Of a stretch of 64,000 bases of DNA, positions 53,837 to 64,000 are shown in pieces. A program made the translations under genes and the position numbers. The notes under the pieces are model-generated. The model worked only from the letters and a program-made list of their open reading frames with translations. It had not been told where the DNA came from and made no database searches. Origin of the DNA: Lentisphaeria bacterium (GTDB lineage Bacteria; Verrucomicrobiota; Lentisphaeria; Victivallales; Victivallaceae); the NCBI GenBank assembly GCA_017456285.1, contig JAFTJQ010000069.1, positions 3,380 through 67,379 on the forward strand, written 5' to 3'. The stretch's first letter is position 1; each line of letters starts with the position of its first letter.

Positions 53837-54947
53837 GTCTTTTTTCACGGATTTGTTTTAACTTTTTGAGAATGATGGCTTTGCCCATGAAAAATGCCAT
53901 AATCACGGTTGCGCCAACTTTTAAGCACCAAGTTAAACTACAGCAATCACTCTCATGGCTGTGATTAAAAATTTCAGTTCTCGGAATTTCTATTCCAAGA
54001 TAATTTACGAAACACCCTGCCACAACTGCCCAAAAACCAATTACCAAAATCGACATAATTGTCGCTTTGTTACCGAGCATGGACTTCATCGCCGCAATAG
54101 TTACCGTATTAGTCGCAGGCCCTGCTACCAAAAATATCAATACTGCACCGGGAGAAAAACCCTTCAAAAACAATGCCATTGCCACCGGCACAGAAGCGCT
54201 TGAACAAACATACAACGGAATGGCAATTACGGTAACAATCAAAAATTCCAATGCCATATTATTATTGATATAAGACGCTCCGAAATCAGCAGGTACAACC
54301 ATTTCGATTAATGCCGCCAAAAGGATTCCGACGAATAGTGACGGTGAAGTGCTATTCAACATTTTGCCGAAACCGTATGATAGAACAAATTTAACTGCAC
54401 CGAATAGAGTTCTTTTTTCTTTGACAACTTCCTGCTTCTCTGCCGCTTTTGAGTGACAGCAGCAACAGCAATGATGCTCTTTTTCTTCTTTTTGTGCCTC
54501 AACTTTTTCTGCTTCATCTTTGGGGGCAGAGCAGAATTTCTCAATTAGAAAACCGCCCGTAAGCCCGGTAAGAAATGCAAAAATCGGACGAAAAATCGCC
54601 AAACCCCAGCCAAGCATACTCCAAGTAACTAAAATACTGTCAATCCCCGTCTGCGGTGTTGCAACCAAAAATGCTCCGCTTGCTCCGCGACTTGCCCCCT
54701 CTTCGCGAATCGATGCCGCCACCGGAATAATTCCGCAGGAACACAATGGCAACGGCACTCCGAATAACACCGCTTTGAGAATAGGTTTCATACCTTTTCC
54801 GCTCAAGTGACGCTTTACCTGCTCCGGAGTAAGCAAAAATGCAATAAATCCCGCCAGAACATAACCGATTAAAAGCCACGGTGCAAGTTCAAAAAACACT
54901 GCAAAAAAGTTTAACACATACTCTTTCAAATACTCCAATATTTTCAT
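53820..54947 (-). CDS. ArsP_1/DUF318-type permease (SO_0444-like putative metal transporter) with HHCCCCCH loop
   Basis: LPLCSCGIIPVAASIREEGASRGA signature. Central loop is KEEKEHHCCCCCHSKAAEK. Polytopic. Confidence 0.65.
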   Translation of the reverse strand: MKILEYLKEYVLNFFAVFFELAPWLLIGYVLAGFIAFLLTPEQVKRHLSGKGMKPILKAVLFGVPLPLCSCGIIPVAASIREEGASRGASGAFLVATPQTGIDSILVTWSMLGWGLAIFRPIFAFLTGLTGGFLIEKFCSAPKDEAEKVEAQKEEKEHHCCCCCHSKAAEKQEVVKEKRTLFGAVKFVLSYGFGKMLNSTSPSLFVGILLAALIEMVVPADFGASYINNNMALEFLIVTVIAIPLYVCSSASVPVAMALFLKGFSPGAVLIFLVAGPATNTVTIAAMKSMLGNKATIMSILVIGFWAVVAGCFVNYLGIEIPRTEIFNHSHESDCCSLTWCLKVGATVIMAFFMGKAIILKKLKQIREKRQKNAE

Positions 54948-54969
54948 AAAAATCTCCTCTTTTTATTAA

Positions 54970-57126
54970 TTACAATTTGATAAACTCTGTTCCTATCTGC
55001 AAAAGCATTCCTGCTTGATAGACCACCAAAGTGAAAATATAAGCCACTAAAAATAATCCGCCGGCCTCAATAAATGCCATCTTCCACGAATTTAACTCCC
55101 TTTTCAAAATCGCCAAAGTCGCTAAACAAGGAATCGACAGCAAACAGAAAAGCATAATACAAAACGCCTGAAGCGGTGTATAATTTTTTACCAACTGCGT
55201 TCTCAATGATTCTGATTCTTCATCAGCTTCACCCTCGGCATAGAGAATCCCCATTTGTGCCACAAAGACCTCTTTTGCCGCCAATGCTCCGATACCTGCG
55301 GTAGTGATTTTCCAATCAAATCCCAACGGGGCAAAAACCGGTTCGAGGAAACGCCCTACTCTGCCTGAAATGGTGTACTCCATTTTCTCTGCCAACTGTT
55401 CATTCTCCAGCACAGAAACAGTTTCTTCTTTGGCTTCATCGCTTAAAGAGGTATTTTTTTCAACTTCAGCAATTGCCGCATCATAATCTTTGGAGAAACT
55501 CTTTTTCTCCGGGAAAGTATTGCAAACATACAAAATTATGCTGGTTGCCAGAATAATTGTACCTGCTTTCTGCAAATACATTTTGCCTCTATCCCACATG
55601 TGGAGCATTAAACTTTTGAACGTCGGCATACGATATGGAGGTAATTCCATTAGGTAAATTTCGCCGTCGCCCTTGAAAATGGTACTTTTCATAATTAATG
55701 CCGCAAATAACGCCACCAAAACCCCGATTAAATAGATTATCCACATCATCAGCGGTTGATACTTCGCCGCAAAAAAGGCAGGGATTATCAAAGCATAAAT
55801 CGGCAATCTCGCTCCGCAGCTCATTAACGGCAAAACCAAAATCGTAATCTTTCTATCACGCTCTGATTCAATCGTTCTTGTCGCCATGATTGCCGGCACG
55901 GTACAGCCGAATCCCAAAACCAGCGGCACAAATGATTTCCCCTGAAGTCCGAACTTACGCATGATGCCATCCATCACAAATGCAGCTCTCGCCATGTAAC
56001 CTGACTCCTCAAGTATCGCAATCGCAAAAAAGAGAAAGAGAATATTCGGGAGAAAGACAATTACGCCCCCTACTCCGCCGATAATTCCGTCGGTAATTAA
56101 ATCACGGAAATACGGCAAAACATCGGGATTCCAAAACGACTTGATCAGATCACCGAGCCAGCCGAAAAATTCTTCAATGTAGCCCATCAATGGATCAGCA
56201 ACATTAAAGGTAAAGTAAAACGTCAAATACATAATCAGCAAAAATAACGGCAACCCCAAAAATTTATTGGTCATAACCAAGTCAATTTTATCAGAAATTT
56301 CCCGACGACGCTCCTGCGTAAAAGAGATTGAATTTCTGCACGCCCCTGCGAGCATGGCATAACGGCAATCCGCCATAAAGGTATCTGCCTCAATCGCATG
56401 TTTTTTTCGGAGATGAGTAATTTCATCGGCAAGTTGTACATGGACGGCTTTGAATTCATCAAGTGCCATTACGGAATTATCATTCTCAAGCAATTTAATA
56501 GCAAAAAATCTGGCAGGGATATGAGCATATTTAGCGACATTGAGTTCATCAATTTTTTCCGCGATCGCATTAATTGCATCATCGATGTCTTTGCCGTAAC
56601 TAAGCATCGGAGTTCCGTGATTATCCAAATTATTGAGCGTATAGTGCAATTTTTTCATCAAAGAAAAAATTCCGCTGTTTTTGCTTCCGACAGTTTTTAC
56701 AATTGAGGCACCGAAGTAGCGTTCAAGTTTATCAATATCAAACTTCAACCCCTTTTTATCCGCATCATCACTCATATTAAATGCCAATAACATCGGAATA
56801 TGCAATTCAGCCAGCTGGGTAGTCAAATACAAACTTCTCTGCGGAATTGTGCTGTCAATCACATTCAAAATCAAATCAATTCCGCTATTTGTCAATTCCT
56901 GAAATGCCACCTTTTCCTCTGGAGAACTTGAGGACAATGAATAAATTCCCGGCAAATCGATAATTTCAATCTCCATATCATTGAGTTTGAAAAATCCTGA
57001 TTTACTCTCGACAGTTACTCCTGAATAATTCCCGACATGCTGACGGGTACCGGTCAGGAGATTAAATATAGATGTTTTTCCGCAATTGGGATTACCTGCT
57101 AATACAATTCTAAATCTTTTTTTCAT
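54970..57126 (-). CDS. feoB: ferrous iron transport protein B
   Basis: G-domain IVLAGNPNCGKTSIFNLLTG..DLPGIYSL followed by a polytopic membrane domain. 718 aa. Confidence 0.92.
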   Translation of the reverse strand: MKKRFRIVLAGNPNCGKTSIFNLLTGTRQHVGNYSGVTVESKSGFFKLNDMEIEIIDLPGIYSLSSSSPEEKVAFQELTNSGIDLILNVIDSTIPQRSLYLTTQLAELHIPMLLAFNMSDDADKKGLKFDIDKLERYFGASIVKTVGSKNSGIFSLMKKLHYTLNNLDNHGTPMLSYGKDIDDAINAIAEKIDELNVAKYAHIPARFFAIKLLENDNSVMALDEFKAVHVQLADEITHLRKKHAIEADTFMADCRYAMLAGACRNSISFTQERRREISDKIDLVMTNKFLGLPLFLLIMYLTFYFTFNVADPLMGYIEEFFGWLGDLIKSFWNPDVLPYFRDLITDGIIGGVGGVIVFLPNILFLFFAIAILEESGYMARAAFVMDGIMRKFGLQGKSFVPLVLGFGCTVPAIMATRTIESERDRKITILVLPLMSCGARLPIYALIIPAFFAAKYQPLMMWIIYLIGVLVALFAALIMKSTIFKGDGEIYLMELPPYRMPTFKSLMLHMWDRGKMYLQKAGTIILATSIILYVCNTFPEKKSFSKDYDAAIAEVEKNTSLSDEAKEETVSVLENEQLAEKMEYTISGRVGRFLEPVFAPLGFDWKITTAGIGALAAKEVFVAQMGILYAEGEADEESESLRTQLVKNYTPLQAFCIMLFCLLSIPCLATLAILKRELNSWKMAFIEAGGLFLVAYIFTLVVYQAGMLLQIGTEFIKL

Positions 57127-57250
57127 AACTTACCCTACAAAAAAATACAATATTAAGTAAAAATTATTTATTACAATAATATATCATATTTTTTCATAAA
57201 TACAAATTAGTTATAACTAAACTTTTAAGTTTTTTGCAATTTTTTTCAAC

Positions 57251-58456
57251 TTATTTTTGCTTTAATTCCAGTAGTGAAGCATATTCACCTTCAAGCACCT
57301 CTGACATATATTCATGGGCAAACTTTTCCGCGACTAATTTTCTACCGTTTTCGCCGAATTTAATTCGCAACTTGTCATTTTCAATTAAAAGCGAACTTTT
57401 TTCAATAATCATCGGCAGATTAGCCGCTAAATCACGATGCTTGTACTCGATTAAAAAACCGCTCTCATCGTTGATAATAACTTCCGGAGTGCCGTCCAGA
57501 TTGAAGCCCATTGCCGTGACCCCGGATGCCAAAGCCTGCACCACCGCTCTCGGCAAGCCTTCCCGCTGTGAAAAATGCCAGAGTATATCCATAAGTGAAA
57601 TATAGCGGTAAACCTGATCAGGTGATACCAACCCTGCGAAGTGAAATCTCTCACTGTACGGCGTCGCTTTAATTTGAGCGAGAATTTCATCATACATTTT
57701 GCCGTCACCGACGATTAAAAATTCGACATTATCGTATTTTTTTGCCAATTCCAAGGCGGCAGGGATAAAATATTCATAACCCTTAAATTCAAAAAGTCTT
57801 GCCACACTGCCGATAACAATTTTATCACGCTTTATCCCCAATTCAGCAGCTAACTTCTCATCATACTTAGAATTCAAAAAATTATCAATATCCATACCGC
57901 TGTAAACAACCATATACTTATTGCGAGGAGCAATTTTCGCCGCCACACACTGGTCAATCATCGCTTGAGCAACTGCATAAATGCGATCACAGAAAAAGGC
58001 GGCAAACCATTCTGATGCTTTGTAAATAAAATTTTTCCACGGCTTTTCGCTGACATGAAACGGTTGCCCGTGAACCGTATGAACTACCACCGGAGTTTTT
58101 GCCCAACGTGCCGCAATTCGCCCTAAAATTCCTGCTTTGGAAGCATGGGTATGAACTACATCAAACTTCTCCTGCTTCAAAAATTTATAGATAAATGAAA
58201 GTGCTTTAGCATCATTAATTAAATCAAGTTCCCGTACTAAAAACGGTGTATGAATCACTCGCAAGGAAGTCGTTTTTTCGATTTGCAACCGCTCAAGCAA
58301 ATCGCCCTCTCGTCCGAGTGACGGACCGGTAAGCAAGACGACTTCATGTCCTTTTTTCAAGTGGTCGAGGCAAGTAAAAAGAGTATTCTCCTGTGCTCCT
58401 CCGATTACCATTCTGGTAATGATGTGACAAATTTTCATTTTTTTATCTGGCTTCAT
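57251..58456 (-). CDS. glycosyltransferase family 4 (GT-B fold)
   Basis: KICHIITRMVIGGAQENT N-terminus. C-terminal E-x7-E-like region (SQREGLPRAVVQALASG). Confidence 0.75.
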   Translation of the reverse strand: MKPDKKMKICHIITRMVIGGAQENTLFTCLDHLKKGHEVVLLTGPSLGREGDLLERLQIEKTTSLRVIHTPFLVRELDLINDAKALSFIYKFLKQEKFDVVHTHASKAGILGRIAARWAKTPVVVHTVHGQPFHVSEKPWKNFIYKASEWFAAFFCDRIYAVAQAMIDQCVAAKIAPRNKYMVVYSGMDIDNFLNSKYDEKLAAELGIKRDKIVIGSVARLFEFKGYEYFIPAALELAKKYDNVEFLIVGDGKMYDEILAQIKATPYSERFHFAGLVSPDQVYRYISLMDILWHFSQREGLPRAVVQALASGVTAMGFNLDGTPEVIINDESGFLIEYKHRDLAANLPMIIEKSSLLIENDKLRIKFGENGRKLVAEKFAHEYMSEVLEGEYASLLELKQK

Positions 58457-60653
58457 AATTATAAAATTCCGTTAAGTTGCTTTGCTCTAAAAACTGCTGA
58501 TATTTTTCTCCGTTTAATTCAAGTTGCAAACAAGATAATTTATCATCATAATTTATTTTCAGATTAAAATTAGTTGCATTATTGAAATATTCAAGTGTTT
58601 TTTGTGAATTTTCAGAAAATTTTTTGAATTTTTGCAGTATCATCGGACTATTGCTGCTATCTAAATGCAATCGAGCTGAAACTTTATCAGAGAGTTCCGA
58701 GATAATTTTTCGCTCATTCCTGATTCGATTCTGCAAAATGCAGACATTGTGAATATATAAATTTTTGCTCAAACTGTTAAGTGCTTGAATCCCATTGGAA
58801 TCCAATTTATCCAGCACTACATAATCCAAAGACTTTATCCCCTTTGCCGCTAAAAAGCTGCAATACAATTGACTGCTCTCAAAATCCGCAGGGTTATACA
58901 AAATTGCATACTTGATATTAGGTTCATAGAGGCAGAAACTAAACTCCTGCTCTGAATTTTTCAAAACTAAAATGCCCGACTTGCAATTTAAATTATCCAC
59001 AAAAATTCCGACAATCATCAGCACAAATGCCCCCAAGCCTAAAAGCAGAAACTTCATCTTCTTTCCAAGTAAAAGCATAAATAAGCCGAAGTAAAAAAGA
59101 CAAACTTCCGCTATCCCGATTCGAGCAATCGCCAAATTACTGTCAATTAAACTTGCCCATTCACACAAATGCAGAAAACCTCGCATGCATTGCTCAAAAA
59201 AGCGAATAACGATATTCCCATGCCATGCACAGATACTTAATACTCCGCCGCCAAATAACAATAGCGAAACAAAACTCATACTGAATGCCAAAATCGAATT
59301 AACCAGCAACGAGATAATATAGGTCGTCCCGAAAAAATACAATCCGATTGCACTCCCTGATAAAAAGGCAAATACACACACCGATAGCACAAAGACAATA
59401 TTCCACAAAAACTTTTTGTACAACGCCAGATACCGCACCTTTTCGGGCATAAAATCCCGTTCCCGATGCAAATCAGTGTAAATATCCCTCATTCGCTCCG
59501 AAAGCAAAAGCAAAATTCCGGTAATGCCGAAACTGTAGAGGAAACCGATATCCGTCAGATTATATGGGTTAAAAATAATTAACAGTATTGCACTGATCAT
59601 CAAAATATTGATATTGCTTATTTTACGCAAAGTTCCTCTGCAAATTACAAAGCAGAGAATCATCAGAAAAGCACGCACCGCAGGCACATTCGCTCCCGTG
59701 GCAATTGTAAAAAGAAAAACCGGAATTATCGCCAAAAAATATTTAGTTCTGAACGGCAGAAATCCGAATAAATAGAGCAGAAAAAGAAACAACGTGCTTA
59801 CATGCATGCCACTCACTGCAAAAAGATGAATTGTTCCACTTTGTACAAAATTACTTTTCCACTTGCCGTCCAATGCACCCTTGCAGCCGAAAAAAAGTGC
59901 TGCGGTAATATTTTTCAAATCACGATCTTCAATGTCGCACAAAGTTTTATCCAAAATAAAATCTCTTAACATGGCAATTCCCTTTTTGAATGAGATTGCC
60001 TCTCCGTCAAGCAATTTATAGGAATCGCTGTCAGGGTAAATAAGTGCATAAATTCCCAAATTATTCAAATATTTGCGATAACTTCCTGCGGAAAAACCAC
60101 TTACAGCATTATCTTCGGCATCAAAGAAGCGATTTTCCTCAACAAAACTCAAACTCCCTGTAACCTTAAATTCCGTACCGACTTGCAATTTTTCCGCCTG
60201 CAATTTGTCAATGTACACGAGAATTTTTCCCTCGGACTTCATTATGTCGTCGTGAATATTGAGTTTTAGCGATTTCAATTTGCAAGTTAGAAATTTGCCG
60301 TTGTCAATCACAGAGTTTTCCACATAAAGCATATCGTCAGAAATAAGCGTAAACTCCCCTGCTCCGTCCCGCTCATTCAAAATTTTGCAATAGTGCTTAT
60401 CGCTCAAGTAATTATGCTTAAATGCAAAAATCATCGAGACCATAATAAATAAGAGCATAAAGGGCAAATAATATCTCCGCTTTGCCGCAATTATTAATGC
60501 ATAGAAAATCCCCAATATCGCTATGGCAAGAAAAATATTAATCCTATTAAGCACCAAAATTCCGAAAAGCAGCGTTTGAAAGAAAATGACTTTAATAATA
60601 TCAATATTTTCATCAAAAAAGGTTTGTAATTTTTTAATCGATTTCAAATTCAT
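58443..60653 (-). CDS. comEC: ComEC/Rec2 family competence protein (membrane domain; no obvious C-terminal metallo-beta-lactamase motif seen)
   Basis: SGTIHLFAVSGMHVS signature within a polytopic region. 736 aa. Overlaps neighbouring genes by 14 and 20 nt. Confidence 0.75.
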   Translation of the reverse strand: MNLKSIKKLQTFFDENIDIIKVIFFQTLLFGILVLNRINIFLAIAILGIFYALIIAAKRRYYLPFMLLFIMVSMIFAFKHNYLSDKHYCKILNERDGAGEFTLISDDMLYVENSVIDNGKFLTCKLKSLKLNIHDDIMKSEGKILVYIDKLQAEKLQVGTEFKVTGSLSFVEENRFFDAEDNAVSGFSAGSYRKYLNNLGIYALIYPDSDSYKLLDGEAISFKKGIAMLRDFILDKTLCDIEDRDLKNITAALFFGCKGALDGKWKSNFVQSGTIHLFAVSGMHVSTLFLFLLYLFGFLPFRTKYFLAIIPVFLFTIATGANVPAVRAFLMILCFVICRGTLRKISNINILMISAILLIIFNPYNLTDIGFLYSFGITGILLLLSERMRDIYTDLHRERDFMPEKVRYLALYKKFLWNIVFVLSVCVFAFLSGSAIGLYFFGTTYIISLLVNSILAFSMSFVSLLLFGGGVLSICAWHGNIVIRFFEQCMRGFLHLCEWASLIDSNLAIARIGIAEVCLFYFGLFMLLLGKKMKFLLLGLGAFVLMIVGIFVDNLNCKSGILVLKNSEQEFSFCLYEPNIKYAILYNPADFESSQLYCSFLAAKGIKSLDYVVLDKLDSNGIQALNSLSKNLYIHNVCILQNRIRNERKIISELSDKVSARLHLDSSNSPMILQKFKKFSENSQKTLEYFNNATNFNLKINYDDKLSCLQLELNGEKYQQFLEQSNLTEFYNYEAR

Positions 60654-61746
60654 CTCCGATTTGCGTAATTACTTCGCAGTTTTGCTCCCTCACATAGACA
60701 ATATCCTCCATGCGGACTCCGCCCCAATCAGGATAATACACGCCTGGTTCGACAGTTACAATTTCGCCTCCCTTAAGCACATCGGTCAAATTTTTACTCA
60801 AACGAGGACTCTCGTGAATATCCAATCCCACGCCATGACCGAGGCTGTGAAAAAATCCGTAATTTCTCCCTTTTTCATCGACACCGGTAAAAAATCCGTG
60901 CTTTTCAAGGGTATTTTTTGCCGCATTGTAGGAATTCTCCTTAATTGCTCCGCTGTAAATAAATTCTTTAGCAACTTCTCTACTCTCAACTACGGCATTA
61001 AATGCCCGTTTCTCAATATCAGATGCCCTGCCTTTTACATAAGTTCTTGTCAAATCCCCATAGTATCCGCTATTTTTTAAGCGTGGGAAAATGTCGATTA
61101 CCAGAACTTTATTTGCATAAATCGCCCCCGTTCCCTCATTGTGGGGCTGTGATGATTGCAGAAATGATGCGGCAATCGTATGATCGGGGATTGCTCCGTT
61201 TCTCAATAAAGTTGTATCTATTTCAGACTTAAGAATTTCCGATGTCAGGAGTTCATTATTCCAATAGAGAAAGCCGTCATTACCGATATTTGCTTCAGCA
61301 AGAACGACATACGCACGTTTCATCCCAAGTTCGGTAACTCGCATTGCTTCTTTGATTTGCAAAAGTTCAAATTCGCTTTTAAATTCCCTTTCAGGACAAA
61401 AAATTCCCTCAACACCCTCAAGTGCGATCCCCGATTCCCGTAATTTATCTCCTAAAAAAATCGGGAAATCACTCGGCACCATAAATTTATCAATTTTTTT
61501 AGTTGCCGCCAAAGCAAGCAAGATATCCAGAATGTAATTTCCTGCCTTAAATTCCTCATTGCGATAGACTTTCACATCTTTTTTGATTGAATTTACCGCT
61601 CTATCGAACTCCAAAGAAGAGAAAATCGCCCCTTTTTCCTCATCAGTTTCAAAATAAATAAAGTCATCAGGGACAAAAATTCCGGTCTTATAAAACAAAT
61701 TTGAGCATTTTTCACTGCTTCCGACAATTAATTTTGCTATTTTCAT
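60634..61746 (-). CDS. M24 family Xaa-Pro peptidase
   Basis: HSLGHGVGLDIHESP and VTVEPGVYYPDWGGVRMEDIV metal-ligand blocks. Confidence 0.85.
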   Translation of the reverse strand: MKIAKLIVGSSEKCSNLFYKTGIFVPDDFIYFETDEEKGAIFSSLEFDRAVNSIKKDVKVYRNEEFKAGNYILDILLALAATKKIDKFMVPSDFPIFLGDKLRESGIALEGVEGIFCPEREFKSEFELLQIKEAMRVTELGMKRAYVVLAEANIGNDGFLYWNNELLTSEILKSEIDTTLLRNGAIPDHTIAASFLQSSQPHNEGTGAIYANKVLVIDIFPRLKNSGYYGDLTRTYVKGRASDIEKRAFNAVVESREVAKEFIYSGAIKENSYNAAKNTLEKHGFFTGVDEKGRNYGFFHSLGHGVGLDIHESPRLSKNLTDVLKGGEIVTVEPGVYYPDWGGVRMEDIVYVREQNCEVITQIGDEFEID

Positions 61747-61842
61747 CTCTTTTTTTCACTCTCTCATTTGCAAAAGTTGAATACTTCATGTATCTTAATA
61801 TATAATATACATCAAATTTAAAAAGAAAAAAGGAAAATTTTT

Positions 61843-62469
61843 ATGATTTTATTAATTTTTGCGATAATTGTCGGCAGTTATTTGCTGGGGTCTATTCCTT
61901 TCGGACTTCTGATTGGAAAAATGAATGGTATCGATATTCGAAAAGTCGGTTCATGCAATATCGGCGCAACCAATGTCAGCCGTACCGTCGGCAAAAACTG
62001 GGGGAAACTCTGTTTTTTCCTTGATTTAATGAAAGGCTTTCTTCCGACCTTTATTGCGACGATGATTTTCAGCAAAAATGCGGAGTTAAAAAGTTTCGTA
62101 CCGCTTTTAGCAGGAGCGGCATCCATGCTCGGACACATGTTCAGCATCTATCTTAAATTCACCGGGGGCAAAGGTGTTGCCACGGGGGGCGGAATTATTC
62201 TCGGATTAGCACCGTGGACTTTTGTTGCGGCAATTGCAAGCTGGGCAATAGTTTTTTTGATTTCCCGCTATGTATCACTTGCTTCAATCGTGGCGGCGGC
62301 AAGTTTAGCAATTTATGCTATTATCTTCCGTTTTTTGGGGATTCAGTTTGTGCCGTGGACTTCAATTATCTTTTTTGCCGTTATCGGCTCAATTGCAATC
62401 TACCGCCACCACAGCAACATCAAGCGATTGCTTAACGGCACCGAAAACAAATTTGAACGTAAAAAATAG
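61843..62469 (+). CDS. plsY: glycerol-3-phosphate acyltransferase PlsY
   Basis: GSIPFGLLIGKMNGIDIRKVGSCNIGATNVSR and FTGGKGVATGGG motifs. 208 aa. Confidence 0.92.
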   Translation: MILLIFAIIVGSYLLGSIPFGLLIGKMNGIDIRKVGSCNIGATNVSRTVGKNWGKLCFFLDLMKGFLPTFIATMIFSKNAELKSFVPLLAGAASMLGHMFSIYLKFTGGKGVATGGGIILGLAPWTFVAAIASWAIVFLISRYVSLASIVAAASLAIYAIIFRFLGIQFVPWTSIIFFAVIGSIAIYRHHSNIKRLLNGTENKFERKK

Positions 62470-62483
62470 GAGTTTTTAATTAT

Positions 62484-63485
62484 ATGAATGTAACAGTTTT
62501 AAGTGACGGCTCATGGGGGACAGCCTTAGCATTAACTTTGCTCGACAATGGTCATCAAGTAACCATGTGGGGGCCTTTCCCTGACTACCTCGCCCAAATG
62601 GCTGAAACTCGCGAAAACAGCCGCTTTCTCAAAGGCGTAAAACTCCCCGACTCTCTGATTTTAGAAGCAGATATGGAAAAAGCTGTCGCCGATAGCGAAG
62701 TAATTTTGCTTGCAACTCCGACCCAGTTTGCCAGAAGCGTTATGGAGCAATTCAAAAAATTCCACAACCCCAAAAAACATCTGATAATCGATGTCGCTAA
62801 AGGCATTGAGAAAAACAGTTGGCTTCGCTTAAGCGAAATTGCTGAAGAAACTTTGGGCAACTGCCGTTATGTTGCATTGTCAGGGCCAAGCCACGCCGAA
62901 GAAGTCAGCCGCAAAGTACCGACTTTAGTCGTTGCGGCGTCTACCGATATTCACGATGCGGAAATTGTCCGTGATTTACTTATGAATAACTACTTTAGAG
63001 TCTATACTTCAACTGATATTTTGAGTGTCGAACTCGGCGGAGCATTAAAAAATGTAATGGCGATTGCCGCAGGAATCATCGACGGAATGCAGCTCGGAGA
63101 TAACCCGAAAGCCGCTCTGATTACCAGAGGAATTGCCGAAATGAGCCGATTAGGTGAAACTTTAGGCGGAAATGCGGCAACTTTTTCAGGGCTTTCAGGT
63201 ATCGGGGATTTGATAGTTACCTGCTGCAGCGGACACAGCAGAAACCGCCATGTCGGCGAGGAATTAGGCAGAGGCAAAAAACTTGCTCAAATCCAAGAGG
63301 AGATGGGTTTAGTTGTCGCAGAGGGTGTACCAACTGCAATCGGAGCAAAATATCTGGCAGATAAATTCAATGTCGAAGCACCGATTATCAATCAAATTTA
63401 CAATATTTTGTATAATGACAAATCTCCGCAAGAGGCGATTGCAGAACTTATGAGCCGTTCAGCAAAACAGGAAAATGAAAAATGA
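62484..63485 (+). CDS. gpsA: NAD(P)H-dependent glycerol-3-phosphate dehydrogenase
   Basis: N-terminal Rossmann segment, LSGPSHAEEV, LKNVMAIAAGI and GLSGIGDLIVTCCSGHSRNRHVG blocks. Confidence 0.92.
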   Translation: MNVTVLSDGSWGTALALTLLDNGHQVTMWGPFPDYLAQMAETRENSRFLKGVKLPDSLILEADMEKAVADSEVILLATPTQFARSVMEQFKKFHNPKKHLIIDVAKGIEKNSWLRLSEIAEETLGNCRYVALSGPSHAEEVSRKVPTLVVAASTDIHDAEIVRDLLMNNYFRVYTSTDILSVELGGALKNVMAIAAGIIDGMQLGDNPKAALITRGIAEMSRLGETLGGNAATFSGLSGIGDLIVTCCSGHSRNRHVGEELGRGKKLAQIQEEMGLVVAEGVPTAIGAKYLADKFNVEAPIINQIYNILYNDKSPQEAIAELMSRSAKQENEK

Positions 63486-64000
63486 TCAAAGCCATCGTAA
63501 CCGGGAAAAATTGTGAAGATATTTTGCCGATATTGGCAAAATATGATTTTTGTCTCGCCTGTGCCGGGAGTGAGGATTTCACACCTGATTTAGTTATTGC
63601 ACATGGTGGAGACGGTACTTTGCTCCATGCCGAGCGGGAGTATCCCAATATACCCAAACTTGCTTTGCGTGATATGCGAACTGCACCTACTTGCGAGGAA
63701 CACTCATACGAGACAATTTTGAATGATTTTTTTGCGGGAAAACTGGAACTCAAAAAATTGCCAAAACTCTATGCTGAACTTCACGGCAAAAAACTTTTGG
63801 CAGTAAATGATATTTATATCCACAATTTTGAACGCAGAAGTGCTTTGCGGTACAGAGTTTTTATCAATGACGAACTCTATGCCAAAGAGGTTGTCGGCGA
63901 CGGAGTTGGTTTATCAAGCGTTCACGGAAGTACCGCTTATTACAAAAGCATTACTCACAGTATTTTCAAAATCGGAATCGGGTTATCATTCAGCAACTCG
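63482..64000 (+). CDS. nadK: NAD kinase (3-prime partial, runs off window)
   Basis: My own translation from ATG 63482 (ATGA overlap with the gpsA stop): MIKAIVTGKN..DLVIAHGGDGTLLHAE..GDGVGLSSVHGSTAYYKS. Contains the GGDG and G-S-T-A-Y motifs. Frame is open to nt 64000. Confidence 0.8.
   Translation, partial: MIKAIVTGKNCEDILPILAKYDFCLACAGSEDFTPDLVIAHGGDGTLLHAEREYPNIPKLALRDMRTAPTCEEHSYETILNDFFAGKLELKKLPKLYAELHGKKLLAVNDIYIHNFERRSALRYRVFINDELYAKEVVGDGVGLSSVHGSTAYYKSITHSIFKIGIGLSFSNS

Noticed and set aside
57127-57250. A Fur box in the feoB upstream region (gatatattattgtaataaataat)
   Set aside because: It only loosely resembles the GATAATGATAATCATTATC consensus. The region is almost pure A/T, so such matches are expected by chance.
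1-64000. CRISPR arrays, tRNA/rRNA/tmRNA genes, transposases, integrases, prophage or toxin-antitoxin/defence modules
   Set aside because: Scanning the intergenic regions and the ORF translations by eye showed no direct-repeat/spacer arrays, no tRNA-like T-arm sequences outside coding regions, and no recombinase, nuclease or defence signatures. Absence is by visual inspection only and should be confirmed with tRNAscan-SE, Infernal, and DefenseFinder or PADLOC.

Overview
AT-rich (by eye about 35-40% GC, not computed) bacterial chromosomal segment with about 44 protein genes. I saw no rRNA, tRNA, CRISPR array, transposase or integrase. Housekeeping genes (murJ, murA, leuS, plsY, gpsA, nadK, feoB, comEC, iorA-iorB-ACT-paaK) are interleaved with glycan-utilisation genes: a GH38 alpha-mannosidase, a large cytoplasmic GH-like protein, two giant secreted paralogues, CBM9-like secreted proteins and an SSF symporter. 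There are also five prepilin-type N-terminal / H-X9-DG (DUF1559-like) pseudopilin-like genes. That family is massively expanded in PVC-superphylum genomes (Lentisphaerota, Planctomycetota, Verrucomicrobiota), so the lineage call is inference only. Main observations: (1) a conserved ~34-nt stem-loop plus GTGAA element, with compensatory stem changes, lies upstream of four of the five pseudopilin-like genes and is transcribed in at least two cases. (2) The essential leuS gene carries one in-frame TGA at a position that is Cys or Ser in other LeuS proteins, as I recall. (3) A 3.2-kb single-gene cassette encoding a 931-aa secreted protein is bracketed by ~85-bp imperfect inverted repeats, each made of three hairpins. 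(4) A TIGR01212-type radical SAM domain is fused to an MnmC2/MnmD-like methyltransferase domain. (5) A two-ORF decayed or frameshifted gene is joined at CTT TGA, the prfB-type +1 slippery core. (6) A 7-8 gene operon is led by two pseudopilin genes, followed by glycan-active enzymes and a symporter. No known defence or mobile system is recognisable. All functional calls rest on motif recognition by eye and need database confirmation.
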